Shown: positions 29,701 to 40,396, counted from the stretch's first letter. The stretch: DNA of 64,000 nucleotides from Promethearchaeota archaeon (GCA_048939995.1 JBHLOY010000011.1:64001-128000), one strand, 5' to 3'. Made by a program: numbers and translations. The notes: generated by a model from the sequence alone, not told the origin.

Positions 29701-30501
29701 TTAGAAGGGTCTTGGAAATCTTCCACCTCTTCGTATAGGACCTCTCCAAATGGGTCCCGGTCTAAATCCTGGTCCCATTCCCATTGTATCATGCAAAACA
29801 TTATCTATAGATAATACAAATCCTACTAGGATGCGACGATCAGTTTCATTATCTAAGATTTTTAAAGCATAACTATCTGCGAAGTCGAAAACCCCTCCTA
29901 GGAAGACATCACGCCATCGGTCTGCCTTTTCGATTTCTGCAACCAACTTTTGTGATGCAACTTCAAAGATCTTAAATGACCATCCCATAAAATCACCCTC
30001 AGCGGTATACCATCTCTGTCCAGAAGGATCTTCAAGATAGAACACATTTCGAAAGAAAGTTAAAATCTTTCTTTTTATTCTTGCAATCAAATTCCCTGAA
30101 TGATCTTTTAAATCTTGGGCTCCCCGAGCTGAAATAATTTTACTATGGATTGTAGCTGCAACAGTTCCGTCAACTTCTTGAAGCTCAACTCGACGTCTAA
30201 TGCTGAAAATGACTCTATTCATCTTCCCAATTAACTTTCCCTTCTCATCCATTATATCACCAAATCCCATGTCCCACATTCGTTCTTTAATCAAATAGTA
30301 ATTCCTACTAATATCAAATAAGCTTGCTCCTTCAAGTTGTGATGGTTTAGAAACAGTATTCTCTTTTTTGGGCTTAGAATTCTTCCCCTCCTCTTCTTTA
30401 ATTGGTCTCCTTAATTCAGATCCACATTTTTCGCAATATTTTTGATCATTGTTAGCTATTTTTTCACCACAGTTCTGACAAAACATCTCTTTTGACTCCA
30501 A
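29701..30501 (-). CDS. Zinc-ribbon + LURP-one/scramblase (Tubby-C-like) domain protein
   Basis: FCQNCG...YCEKCG; repeated DxxGxxI beta units; GDFMGWSF and DSYALKI...LSID motifs. Confidence 0.75.
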   Translation of the reverse strand: MESKEMFCQNCGEKIANNDQKYCEKCGSELRRPIKEEEGKNSKPKKENTVSKPSQLEGASLFDISRNYYLIKERMWDMGFGDIMDEKGKLIGKMNRVIFSIRRRVELQEVDGTVAATIHSKIISARGAQDLKDHSGNLIARIKRKILTFFRNVFYLEDPSGQRWYTAEGDFMGWSFKIFEVASQKLVAEIEKADRWRDVFLGGVFDFADSYALKILDNETDRRILVGFVLSIDNVLHDTMGMGPGFRPGPIWRGPIRRGGRFPRPF

Positions 30502-30632
30502 TTGAAAATCTTTTATTATATTTAAGCAAGAAAAGGTAACTTAAATTAATAAATTTAAGGATGGCAGGTAAAGGAAATTTTTTAATAAACTAAGCTTTTA
30601 TTTATAATAAAAATATTATTAATTACTACTTT

Positions 30633-31406
30633 ATGTCTACTATTCCGAAGTTATTAAAACTGAAAGATTATATTACATTGGTTGGTACTACCTTAGGAGT
30701 GCTTGCTATTATCTATGCTTGCGTAGGGTTGCGTGATGCAATATCTTTCGGCTTTTTTCTTATTACCATTTCTCTTGGTACCGATTTGATCGATGGATAT
30801 ATTGCTCGAAAAACAGGTACAGTAAATGAGATGGGAAAACATCTTGATTCATTAAGTGATAGTTTAACATTTGGAATTGCTCCAGCAATTTTAGTTTTTC
30901 AAGCCTTTAAAAGGGGGAATCCTTATGATATAGTGGTATTAATAGCATGTATTCTTTTTGCCATGGGTGCTATGTTAAGATTGGCTAGATTTAATCTACA
31001 AGAAGGAAAAGGTTATACTGGAGTTCCAAGCCCCGCAAGTGCTTTATTGATGATTGCATATTTTTATGCCAATTATTTTTATTCATTTGCAATAGGAGGA
31101 ATTAACCATCCTTTTCTTGAAATAGCCTATTATGCAATTCCTTTTTTCTTAGTGTTTATTGGCTGGTTGAATATAACAACTCATATTACATTTGGAGAAA
31201 AAGGAAGAACTACGTATATAATTATTATTCTATTTGCTCCCTCTTGTCCTGTTTTTGGTATTATTGGAATTTTGAACCCAAATTTTGTGATATCAATTAT
31301 AGCTGCTATATTTTTCATTAGCTCTTTTTTTGGGTTAATAATTTATATTGTTTACAGATTTTTCCATAAATTTTTCGCTGCAAAAAGAGATAATGTTGCT
31401 GCTTAA
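30633..31406 (+). CDS. pssA: CDP-alcohol phosphatidyltransferase (PssA/archaetidylserine synthase-like)
   Basis: DxxDGxxAR...GxxLDSLSD, FGIAPA, LRLARFN and GVPSPA motifs. Confidence 0.8.
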   Translation: MSTIPKLLKLKDYITLVGTTLGVLAIIYACVGLRDAISFGFFLITISLGTDLIDGYIARKTGTVNEMGKHLDSLSDSLTFGIAPAILVFQAFKRGNPYDIVVLIACILFAMGAMLRLARFNLQEGKGYTGVPSPASALLMIAYFYANYFYSFAIGGINHPFLEIAYYAIPFFLVFIGWLNITTHITFGEKGRTTYIIIILFAPSCPVFGIIGILNPNFVISIIAAIFFISSFFGLIIYIVYRFFHKFFAAKRDNVAA

Positions 31407-31411
31407 GAATA

Positions 31412-33319
31412 TTATAGAATACGCTTCTTCCATTCTTCAATATTTGTAATAATTTCTCTTACATTATCTGGAGTTAAAAGGGCTATTTGTTCTTTGTATT
31501 TATTTATCGTACTTCTTAGTTTATGAAGTGTAACCGAAAATCCCTTTTTTTCTAAAATCAAATCTGCGACTTTTTGCAACTCCATACTAAATTCTTTTCC
31601 ATTGAATGTTCCCAATTTCTGTATTAAGGTATTAAATGCATTATTTATTAAATTGGAGGACTCATCTAATACTTTAGGAGCTATTTTTGACATAAATTCG
31701 GAATGTTGCTGAACTTGTTGAGGTAAATGTATATCTGCCATTCCTTTAAGGGGAACTTCCTGTGGTGGTGGTCTTTTAGGCCATTTTTCTTGAATTGGTT
31801 TTGCTTCTTGAATATCTAATGTTTTGGGAACATTTACACTTCCAGTTTCTTGTTTTATGGGTTTTGTACTAGAAATATATTTTGGAACATGTGGCATTTC
31901 AGTAGCTGCATTTATCCACATTGACTCTATGAAGGGGGTCAATAACTCGATAAAGGGCTTATAGGTTGTGCTAATACCTACGAAATTATTAAGTACGTTT
32001 TTTGCTTCAATTACGCCAACACCCATGATGATAAAATTGGTTGACTTTCCAACAAATAGATTATCATTTTTTAGAGTTCGATATTCAAGATTTGTAATTT
32101 CATTTAACTTCCTAACACTACTATTAGTACTCGCCTCTGAGGATGCTAGTTTTATTTTTATATTTCTAGGCACATTTTTAAATTGTTCACTTAACAAATT
32201 ATCTTCTAATCTTGGTATTATTAGAAGCACATCATTCTTAGAGTTTTGAATTAAATTTTGTATTTCTTCATATACCTTTAAAATGCTATTCACTACCCAC
32301 AAATTTTCGATTTTTATTTTTTCAGGTTGGAAGAAATCTTTAAAATTATACATTACATTATTTATCGGATTATTAAGGGCTGCAACTGAATCAACAGAAT
32401 TTTTAATAACACTATCTAAATTTCTTATAATATCATCTTGAAATTTTTCTAAACCTTTTGATAATGATTCATCTTTATTTCTTATTAAATCAAAAATGGA
32501 GGTCATTTTTAATTCGAAACCATTTATCGTGTTAATTAGGAGCATTTTAAAATCGTCTCTAAATTGAAGGCTAGATTCAATAATATTATTTAAAGATTCA
32601 ATTTTCTTATTAATCTCCTCTTCAATTAATCCATGCAAACTTTCGGTAAACTTGTCCATTGAATTATTTAACTTTTTATCGAAAGTATCTCCTACTATCA
32701 TTTTGATATCTTTTTGATATTTTTTAAGTTCCAATAATTCAATTTCATTAAGCATGTTATTCTTGATTTTAGAGATTGCTTTATTTAATGATTGAAACTG
32801 GTTATTAATTACATTCATTATAGTTTGATGTAGATCATCCAGAACATCCTCAATCACGCGGACATTTTCTATTCCTTTGACAATATCTTCCACTTCCTGT
32901 TTTTGAATTAATGTCTCTTCTTGAAGATCATTTCTCATATCTTGAGTTGCATTAAGAATTGAATTTACCTCGGCAATTTTATTCTCTTTAAATAACTTAT
33001 TAAGTGAACTTACCAATAATTGGGTTAATTGATTTTTGATGCTTCCTAGGTTAGCATTAATATTAGCCAAATAATTTATAATTGGATTAAATGGGGGTAA
33101 TGCTAAATATTGGGTGATATACCCTTCTTTTTGAGGAGTTACTAAGAGTAATAAGCCAGCGATCTCTAATTCTTTAATTGCATTTAGAAACTCTTCTTGA
33201 GGGATTGTAGGTATTATTGAATACAATTCATTAGGAGATAAAGGATTTCTACCTAAGGAATTAATGTAAATCTTTATGGCGTGTTCTGACAGTTGTATTT
33301 GTTTTAAAAAATCTTCCAT
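31412..33319 (-). CDS. TrmB-like HTH + long coiled-coil + PLD-like domain protein
   Basis: N-terminal wHTH ending in YLALPP; heptad-rich middle; EIQNLIQNSKNDVLLIIP PLD/TrmB-like start. Confidence 0.55.
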   Translation of the reverse strand: MEDFLKQIQLSEHAIKIYINSLGRNPLSPNELYSIIPTIPQEEFLNAIKELEIAGLLLLVTPQKEGYITQYLALPPFNPIINYLANINANLGSIKNQLTQLLVSSLNKLFKENKIAEVNSILNATQDMRNDLQEETLIQKQEVEDIVKGIENVRVIEDVLDDLHQTIMNVINNQFQSLNKAISKIKNNMLNEIELLELKKYQKDIKMIVGDTFDKKLNNSMDKFTESLHGLIEEEINKKIESLNNIIESSLQFRDDFKMLLINTINGFELKMTSIFDLIRNKDESLSKGLEKFQDDIIRNLDSVIKNSVDSVAALNNPINNVMYNFKDFFQPEKIKIENLWVVNSILKVYEEIQNLIQNSKNDVLLIIPRLEDNLLSEQFKNVPRNIKIKLASSEASTNSSVRKLNEITNLEYRTLKNDNLFVGKSTNFIIMGVGVIEAKNVLNNFVGISTTYKPFIELLTPFIESMWINAATEMPHVPKYISSTKPIKQETGSVNVPKTLDIQEAKPIQEKWPKRPPPQEVPLKGMADIHLPQQVQQHSEFMSKIAPKVLDESSNLINNAFNTLIQKLGTFNGKEFSMELQKVADLILEKKGFSVTLHKLRSTINKYKEQIALLTPDNVREIITNIEEWKKRIL

Positions 33320-33473
33320 ATTAATGCACTTATTATAATCTTATTTCTCATTACCATTATCACGTATATTAATAAGTAATATCAAATTTTACTTTTTAAA
33401 ATTTTGGAAGAAAAAAATATTTAAAAAATTAAATTCTTAAACTAAATTAAAAAGAATTTAAGTTTATAATTTT

Positions 33474-34682
33474 ATGAAAACTTTTTATGAAGAAGTCTTT
33501 TTTTACTTAGATCTAACAAAAGACATTATAAAAAAGAAAGAATTAATCAAAGCAATAAAATTTTTCATCTCTGAGAAAAATAAAAGCAATCTTAAAGGAC
33601 ACTATGGTTTATTAATTTTCCAAGAAGAGGGTAATCCAATTTTTATAATTGAAAAAAAAGATGCTAATATTATCGCAAATGCTATAGAAGAGAATTGGAA
33701 AACCCGTCCTAGGAAAAAATCATATTTCGAAAACGGACTTTTCTATATCTTTTCGTATATCGCTGAGACCGTGAGAAAAAAGTCAAAAGTAAATAGAATA
33801 ATTATTATAACCGACACACCCAGCGACTTATCTGAAGACTATACTGAAGCACTTTTTAACCTCATCTCCAAAATCAAAAATTTTCCTACATTTATCGATA
33901 TTGTACGAATATCACAAAAAAGTGAACGATTTTTTAAAGACGATGTAAAATTGAATATTTTAGCTAGCGATACTAATGGAAGTATTTTTTATATCCACGA
34001 AAAAAAGAGTTTTTTTAATGTTATTGGAGACTTAATTAAATCCAAACAAATAAGGGCAGGTGAACAAGAAAAACTTAAAATTAAGAAAGAAGATTATAAA
34101 TTCTATTCCCAGCTAGCTAAAAATTTGGTATTTCCGTCTGAAGATCTTACAGAAACAAAATGTTATTTATGTCAAGAAGATATTTGCCCTCTCTGTACAG
34201 ATATATATGATGTCCCTAAATCATGTGAAAGTTGCGGTAGTATTTTTCATAATTGTTGTATTACAAATTATACAATTCAGAACAATATTGGCATTCCTCA
34301 TATATTTAGATGCCCAAGGTGTGATATTTTATTGAAGATTGAACAAGATGAGATTGTGGAACTTATAGATGATAAAACAAAATCCGTCGAAGACTATATC
34401 GAGAGTGAATTTACTGAATTAAAACCTGAAGATTCAGCTTCTCATATTACCCCAAAAAGAGTTAAGGTTGGTAGTTTTTTTGGGAAGTTTTATTCTATAA
34501 AAAAAGAAGAAGATAAGTTAATATATCAAAAAATACGTCAAGAACCTCAAACGGATATGATAACTAACAATTTTAAAAAAGATAAAAGTGGAAGTTTTAT
34601 TAATTGCCCTGAATGTGGTACCCACGTAGAAAGAAATAAAGGAAATGGTAAGCGGTGTCCCTATTGTGGGCATAAATTTTAA
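33474..34682 (+). CDS. vWA-like + RING/PHD-like Zn finger + Zn ribbon protein, paralog 1
   Basis: FFYLDL, RIIIITD, IDIVRI and LASDTNGS (vWA-like); CxxC-CxxC-CxxC-HxxC-CxxC cluster; terminal CPECG...CPYCG. Confidence 0.7.
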   Translation: MKTFYEEVFFYLDLTKDIIKKKELIKAIKFFISEKNKSNLKGHYGLLIFQEEGNPIFIIEKKDANIIANAIEENWKTRPRKKSYFENGLFYIFSYIAETVRKKSKVNRIIIITDTPSDLSEDYTEALFNLISKIKNFPTFIDIVRISQKSERFFKDDVKLNILASDTNGSIFYIHEKKSFFNVIGDLIKSKQIRAGEQEKLKIKKEDYKFYSQLAKNLVFPSEDLTETKCYLCQEDICPLCTDIYDVPKSCESCGSIFHNCCITNYTIQNNIGIPHIFRCPRCDILLKIEQDEIVELIDDKTKSVEDYIESEFTELKPEDSASHITPKRVKVGSFFGKFYSIKKEEDKLIYQKIRQEPQTDMITNNFKKDKSGSFINCPECGTHVERNKGNGKRCPYCGHKF

Positions 34683-34834
34683 AGTAAAATTATTTTATTT
34701 TGGGAAGAGATATTCTATTTTTTAAGAACATATGAAATAAGATAAGATCAATAAAAATAAATAAAAATTCTATTATAGTTTATATAATTTCTGAATAATG
34801 TTTTTGGATAATTTTTTGTTTAACTGGTGTTGAG

Positions 34835-36148
34835 ATGCTTAAGAAAGCTGCTATTAATTCGGAGGAATTCATATTTTACATCGATTTATTGTCAGATTTC
34901 TTAAAAAAGAAAGCTTTGACAAAAGCTATTAGTGCATTTATTAAAGATAAGGAAAAATTTAATAGTTTAAGTTCATATGGAGCTATTTTATTTCAAGAAA
35001 AAGGGGCTCCTGTAACCATATACAATCAAAAAGAAGTAGAATCATTAGTTAAAACAATTGAAGAATATTGGGATACACGTGAAACTAAAATGAGTTATTT
35101 GGAAAATGGCTTATTCGAGATATTATCATATATATTTAGGAAAATCAAAACGGCGAGGAAGAATTATCGAGTAATTATAGTATCTGATACACCAAGTTCA
35201 CTTTCAGAGGAATATCATAATGCACTCTATGATTTGTTATTGAAAGCTAGAAAATTTGATACATTTATTGATATCATTAGGTTGGGCGACCAGAAATTTT
35301 ATGATGATGATGTGAAGTTAAAGGTGATTGTTTCAGAGACTCATGGTGGTGTATTCTATTGTAATGATACAAAATTATTTCAAAATATCCTAGGTTCTTT
35401 AATTCAGAGCAAAACAGAATTCAATGTAATCCATTCAAACGAATCAGAACAAATTCTGAAAGAAGATAAATTATTCTATGAGAAACTAGCTGTAGATTTA
35501 ATATCTTTAGGTTCTGATGAATTAGAAAAATGTGATATATGTGAACGAGAATTATGTCCAATTTGTGAAGCTCATTCTGATGAAATACATAAATGTTATA
35601 ATTGTAATGCAAAATACCATGCTTGTTGTGGAGCAGAATATTCAATAGCTAATAATATTGGATTCAAACATCTTTTTAGATGTGTAAAATGTGATACTCT
35701 GCTAAAATTGGATGAAGATTTTGTAAATTTAGTTTATCAAGAAAATCAGGTAGAGGATATAGAACAAATTGCAGAAGTCTATTTAGATACAAAAGAACCA
35801 TTTATTGAAGAAGTTCAATCTGAAGATGAATTAAATAATGAAATGGGAATAGAAGAAATTATTCCCGAAACTGAGCCCAATTATAAAAAGGTCCGAGTAG
35901 GTGGATTTTTCGGTCCAGAAATTACAATAGAAACAAGGAACAATGATAGGGCAAAAGTGTTAGAGCCTATGACTAATTCTGTGATAAATGATTCCGAAGA
36001 TTTTGAAACGTCTGCATTAGTACAAGAAAAAATATCTATTACCTCGTTAAGACCTCCAAAAAGAAAAACAATTAATCTCTGTCGAATATGTGGAACTACA
36101 CTTCGAAATACTTCTATTTGTCCGAATTGTGGTGCGATAGTTGATTGA
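34835..36148 (+). CDS. vWA-like + RING/PHD-like Zn finger + Zn ribbon protein, paralog 2
   Basis: Collinear with the upstream gene (SYxENGLF, DDVKL, NNIGxxHxFRC, KxVxVGxFFG). Confidence 0.7.
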   Translation: MLKKAAINSEEFIFYIDLLSDFLKKKALTKAISAFIKDKEKFNSLSSYGAILFQEKGAPVTIYNQKEVESLVKTIEEYWDTRETKMSYLENGLFEILSYIFRKIKTARKNYRVIIVSDTPSSLSEEYHNALYDLLLKARKFDTFIDIIRLGDQKFYDDDVKLKVIVSETHGGVFYCNDTKLFQNILGSLIQSKTEFNVIHSNESEQILKEDKLFYEKLAVDLISLGSDELEKCDICERELCPICEAHSDEIHKCYNCNAKYHACCGAEYSIANNIGFKHLFRCVKCDTLLKLDEDFVNLVYQENQVEDIEQIAEVYLDTKEPFIEEVQSEDELNNEMGIEEIIPETEPNYKKVRVGGFFGPEITIETRNNDRAKVLEPMTNSVINDSEDFETSALVQEKISITSLRPPKRKTINLCRICGTTLRNTSICPNCGAIVD

Positions 36149-36218
36149 TCCTTTTTAAGATTAAAGGGACGATTCTAGCGTATTTTTTATTTAGTATTAA
36201 GATATTATAAATTTAGAT

Positions 36219-36737
36219 ATGGATGATATTAATAAAGAATTTAATTTTGATCTTCATAAATTCTTAATTGAAAATAGCCAAGATGAGAATATAAGACTTA
36301 AATCTATCAATTGCATTAAGAATTTAGATTTGAGAAATCAAAAAACATTTCAATTTTTGGAGAATATACTAATTTCTGATTCAAATGAGGATATAAGAAG
36401 ATTAGCATTTAAATCATTAATTCTCATAAATTCTGATAAAGTGATTAAATCAGTTGTTTATGCGATTCTTAATGAATCTGGAACCTTTTTAGTAGATTTA
36501 ATTGATTTCTTATATCGTATCAATCCGCTTATATGCAAACAAATATTAAGACAGAAAATTCTACAAATAGAAAATAAAACTCCCCACACTTTACTCAAAA
36601 ATAACAATTTGGATAAATTAACCATTCATCAATTAAGAGAACTCTTACTTAATCATCAACTGAATAAATCCTTAGAAAATTTATATTTTCATCGACATTC
36701 AGTCCCTCTAGCGCTTGATCTTTATGGAATAGAATAA
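36219..36737 (+). CDS. HEAT-repeat-containing protein
   Basis: DENIRLKSI and LISDSNEDIRRLAF motifs. Confidence 0.65.
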   Translation: MDDINKEFNFDLHKFLIENSQDENIRLKSINCIKNLDLRNQKTFQFLENILISDSNEDIRRLAFKSLILINSDKVIKSVVYAILNESGTFLVDLIDFLYRINPLICKQILRQKILQIENKTPHTLLKNNNLDKLTIHQLRELLLNHQLNKSLENLYFHRHSVPLALDLYGIE

Positions 36738-36743
36738 ACTAAA

Positions 36744-37673
36744 GTGATAATGATTTTAATGGAAACTAAAAAACATTATTTCAACCCAACCATTTCGAAA
36801 ATAAGTATGCTTTTATCAGGTATTTTCATGGGAAATGTGGGTTTATTTATAACTTTTTTATCAAGTTTTTCTATCTTTACAATAGTGTTACTTAGAGGCT
36901 TATTTGGGACAATATATTTAACAATTTTTATGTTAATTTCAAAATCCTTATCTAGAAAATTCTTAAAAGAAAGTTTTAAGACACATTGGAAATATTTGAT
37001 CCTCTTAAGCGTTACAAATCCCTTGGTTATACTTTTATACTTTTTCAATATTTCAGTTACTGGATATGCTATCGCAGCCTTCTTATTGTATACGAGCGGA
37101 ATTTTTCTCCTCCTCTTACTTATAATCACAAAAGAAGAGAAAATTTCAAAAATAAATATCATCAGTTTTATTTTAGCGACTATAGGGGTGGCTATTATAA
37201 TGGAATTTTGGAATGCTAGTTTCTTCTCAATAGGAATTATTCTTGGGATTTTATCAGGAATAAACCTCGCAATTTTAGTATATTCAAAGAAAAAAATTTA
37301 TAATTATAGAATGAAAAATCAACAAGAAATTAAGTTGAAGGGTAATTTTGATATATTTTTATCATGGTTTAGTACTTTATTATTGCTTTTAATCTTTCTG
37401 CCATTTGGAATAGCGGATCTTATTAAATTAACATTTATAGATATTTTTATTAGCATGTTGTTAGGATTAATTCCTACCGCTTTAGCATTCACATTATATA
37501 ATGTGGGTGTAAAAAATGATAAAGGGGGGAATATTGTTATACTATCTTATTTTGAACCAGTAATGGCAACAATTAATACTGCTATTTTTCTTAGAAGTTT
37601 ATCATTCTTTACAATAATAGGAGGAACGCTAATCTTAATAGCAAATATCCTAATTTTAAGATTCTCGAAATAA
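36744..37673 (+). CDS. EamA/DMT-family transporter
   Basis: About 10 TM; AAFLLYTS, PTALAFTLY and SYFEPV motifs. Confidence 0.85.
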   Translation: MIMILMETKKHYFNPTISKISMLLSGIFMGNVGLFITFLSSFSIFTIVLLRGLFGTIYLTIFMLISKSLSRKFLKESFKTHWKYLILLSVTNPLVILLYFFNISVTGYAIAAFLLYTSGIFLLLLLIITKEEKISKINIISFILATIGVAIIMEFWNASFFSIGIILGILSGINLAILVYSKKKIYNYRMKNQQEIKLKGNFDIFLSWFSTLLLLLIFLPFGIADLIKLTFIDIFISMLLGLIPTALAFTLYNVGVKNDKGGNIVILSYFEPVMATINTAIFLRSLSFFTIIGGTLILIANILILRFSK

Positions 37674-37714
37674 TTATGCCTTTGGAATGAATTAAAAGAG
37701 ATATCTTTAAAAAT

Positions 37715-38233
37715 TTGATTTTTTTTTATTATGTAATAAATTTAGAAGAGATTTTAGAAATGCATATTGTTAAGCTACCAAAAATGAATGAAAGCGAAAT
37801 AAATAAAGCACTCTCCGAAGGAAATATTTGTAGAATTGCGTTTATTGATGGTGACTTTCCTTACATTTCCCCATTCCAATATGTATACTTAAATAATACT
37901 CTATATTTTCACTTTACTGATTATGGAAAGAAAAAAGAGATACTCTCTCGTAATAGAAATGTATGTGTTTCAATAGAAAAATTTGAGGAAGATCTCAGCA
38001 GCTATTATTTTATTTCAATTCAAGGGAAATTGACTGAAGTAAAAGATATAAATGAACGAAAACAAGTAATTAAACAGATGATGACTAAAGCTAAGAATAA
38101 ATATTCTCCTAATTTTCTTTCAGTACACGGATTTGAAAAAGTAAAGGGTTGGGACGTATTTTCTGACGAAAAACCATTGAAAATATATAAATTAGATAAC
38201 ATAAGCTATAAAATTGGACTCAAATCTATTTAA
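37715..38233 (+). CDS. Pyridoxamine 5'-phosphate oxidase-like (NimA-type) flavoprotein
   Basis: CRIAF...PYISP...LYFH...GKK...NRNVCV pattern; the real start is probably the downstream ATG (MHIVK). Confidence 0.8.
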   Translation: MIFFYYVINLEEILEMHIVKLPKMNESEINKALSEGNICRIAFIDGDFPYISPFQYVYLNNTLYFHFTDYGKKKEILSRNRNVCVSIEKFEEDLSSYYFISIQGKLTEVKDINERKQVIKQMMTKAKNKYSPNFLSVHGFEKVKGWDVFSDEKPLKIYKLDNISYKIGLKSI

Positions 38234-38303
38234 TTAAAGGTGATTTGAAATATCAAAAGAAAATGATGAAATATCCAGAATTAAAGAACTTGAAAGTACT
38301 AAT

Positions 38304-38969
38304 TTGGCAAATGATAACATTAGAGATTGGGTTGTACAAACTAAAAAACAAATAGAACTAGATAATGATCTTTTAGCTCAGAAAATCCATCAAAACTTGA
38401 AGGATCATCACATTAGATCTTTTGACATTGTGGGCGCCATAGGTGCAGGAAAAACAGCCATCTTGGAAAAAATCGTTGATAAGATAGCATCCCAATTTAG
38501 AGTCTTGGTAATATGTGGGGATATTACTACTCGAGTGGATGCAAATCGAATTGAAAAATTTAATACGGAAACAATACAGATTAACACTGGAAGAGAATGC
38601 GCTTTAAATGCATATCATATTAATCAGATTATAAGGAATAAAGATTTGAAAAAGTATGATATAATATTCATTGAAAATGTAGGAAATTTAATATGCCCTT
38701 CAGAATTTCTTCTAGGGACGGACAAGCGAATCGTTATCGTATCTATTACAGAAGGGGAATGGGTTATAGAAAAACACCCAATGCTTTTTAAGATGTCAGA
38801 TATTGCAGTTATTAATAAAATTGATTTAAAAGAACGATTGGGAACTAATATTAGTAAAATGATTAATGATGCTAAGAAGATAAATTCAGATATTGACGTA
38901 ATTACTACCAGTGCTAAAACTGGAGAAAATATTGATAAACTCCTTGAATTAATGGGATTTTATATCTAA
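38304..38969 (+). CDS. hypB: Hydrogenase nickel-incorporation GTPase HypB
   Basis: GAIGAGKT, QINTG, IENVGNLICP, KHP and NKID motifs; the usual CH Ni motif appears as ECAL. Confidence 0.85.
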   Translation: MANDNIRDWVVQTKKQIELDNDLLAQKIHQNLKDHHIRSFDIVGAIGAGKTAILEKIVDKIASQFRVLVICGDITTRVDANRIEKFNTETIQINTGRECALNAYHINQIIRNKDLKKYDIIFIENVGNLICPSEFLLGTDKRIVIVSITEGEWVIEKHPMLFKMSDIAVINKIDLKERLGTNISKMINDAKKINSDIDVITTSAKTGENIDKLLELMGFYI

Positions 38970-38985
38970 AAAGGAGTGATTAGTT

Positions 38986-39405
38986 ATGAGTGAACATTTA
39001 AAAGAAATAATTAAGGCTTGCGAAGATTTAGGTGATATTAAAAAATATAACATCAAAAAGCTACTAAACGCTTTTTTTTCAAAAATGGAAACTAAAATCA
39101 CCAATTATATTGGAGATTATCCCACATTCATAGAACCCGTGTTTTTAGAGGAAAATGTTAAAATTGGGGATGATGTTCTTATCGGACCGAATGTTTATAT
39201 AGGTTCAAATACAGAGATTGGAGATTATGTTGAAATTTCGAATTCAATTGTGTTTGAAAATGTTAAAATCGGTGAAAATTTTAAATTGGAAAATTGTATC
39301 ATTTTAAAAGATAGCAGTTTAGACTTTCGCAATTTTAGCTTAAAAAACTGCATTCTTAAAGGTACTAGTAGTTCTGAATCTGAACTTGAAAAATATGACC
39401 TCTAA
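38986..39405 (+). CDS. Hexapeptide-repeat (left-handed beta-helix) protein
   Basis: VKIGDDVLIGPNVYIG repeats; resembles the C-terminal domain of NDP-sugar synthases. Confidence 0.75.
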   Translation: MSEHLKEIIKACEDLGDIKKYNIKKLLNAFFSKMETKITNYIGDYPTFIEPVFLEENVKIGDDVLIGPNVYIGSNTEIGDYVEISNSIVFENVKIGENFKLENCIILKDSSLDFRNFSLKNCILKGTSSSESELEKYDL

Positions 39406-39445
39406 TTATTTATAGTGAAAATTACTTCAACTTTTTATATAATTA

Positions 39446-40264
39446 GTGATTTCCATGAAGGATATAGAAAAGTATTTTGAATATAATTTAAAAAGATGGA
39501 ATGAATTGGCAGAAATTAATCCTAAATCAAAATTTTATGATTTAGATGGATTTAAGAAAGGTAAAACATCTCTATTACCAATAGAACTTAAAGAAATGGG
39601 ACAAGTTAAAGGAAAAACTCTACTACATCTGCAATGCCATTTTGGTATGGATACTCTATCATGGGCACGAAATGGAGCAATAGTAACCGGTGTAGATTTT
39701 TCAGATAAAGCAATTAGAGTTGCAAAACAACTAAGTGAAGAATTAGAAATTCCAGCACAATTTATTCATGCAAATGTTTATGATATTCCTAAATTAATTA
39801 AGCAAAGGTTTGATATTGTTTTTACCTCTTATGGCGCTATCTGTTGGTTGCCTGACTTACCCAAATGGGCCGAAATCATTGAAAATTGCTTAAAACATAA
39901 TGGCATGTTTTATATTATTGATAATCATCCATTTGGAATCATACTAGATGAGAAAAAACAACCCTTTCAGGTTGGTTATAATTACTTCACAGAGGGAAAA
40001 CCTGTCTTCTGGGATGATTGTGGAACCTATGCCGGAGAAAAAATAGAACTTAAGAATACAACAAGTTATGAATGGTTCCATAAAATGAGCGATATCATAA
40101 ATTCGCTAACTAACGTTGGGTTACGCATCGATTTTTTGCATGAGTTTCCCTTTGGTTTTTTCAAATTGCATCCAGATATGAAAAAAAGAGAAGATGGTTA
40201 CTGGGAATTTCAAACTTTAAAATTTTCAGTCCCTATGATTTTTTCTTTAAAAGCACGTAAATAA
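39446..40264 (+). CDS. Class I SAM-dependent methyltransferase
   Basis: LHLQCHFGMDT, GVDFS and FDIVFTSYG motifs. Confidence 0.9.
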   Translation: MISMKDIEKYFEYNLKRWNELAEINPKSKFYDLDGFKKGKTSLLPIELKEMGQVKGKTLLHLQCHFGMDTLSWARNGAIVTGVDFSDKAIRVAKQLSEELEIPAQFIHANVYDIPKLIKQRFDIVFTSYGAICWLPDLPKWAEIIENCLKHNGMFYIIDNHPFGIILDEKKQPFQVGYNYFTEGKPVFWDDCGTYAGEKIELKNTTSYEWFHKMSDIINSLTNVGLRIDFLHEFPFGFFKLHPDMKKREDGYWEFQTLKFSVPMIFSLKARK

Positions 40265-40396
40265 TTCTTTAAAGAATTAAATTCAGTTAGGTTCTATAGA
40301 AATGAGCAAGATTTTATCCTAATGGGATTCATATGGGATAATATAAAGGAAATGTTTTTGTTTTGTAGGATATTTTAACATCTAATAAACATATCT

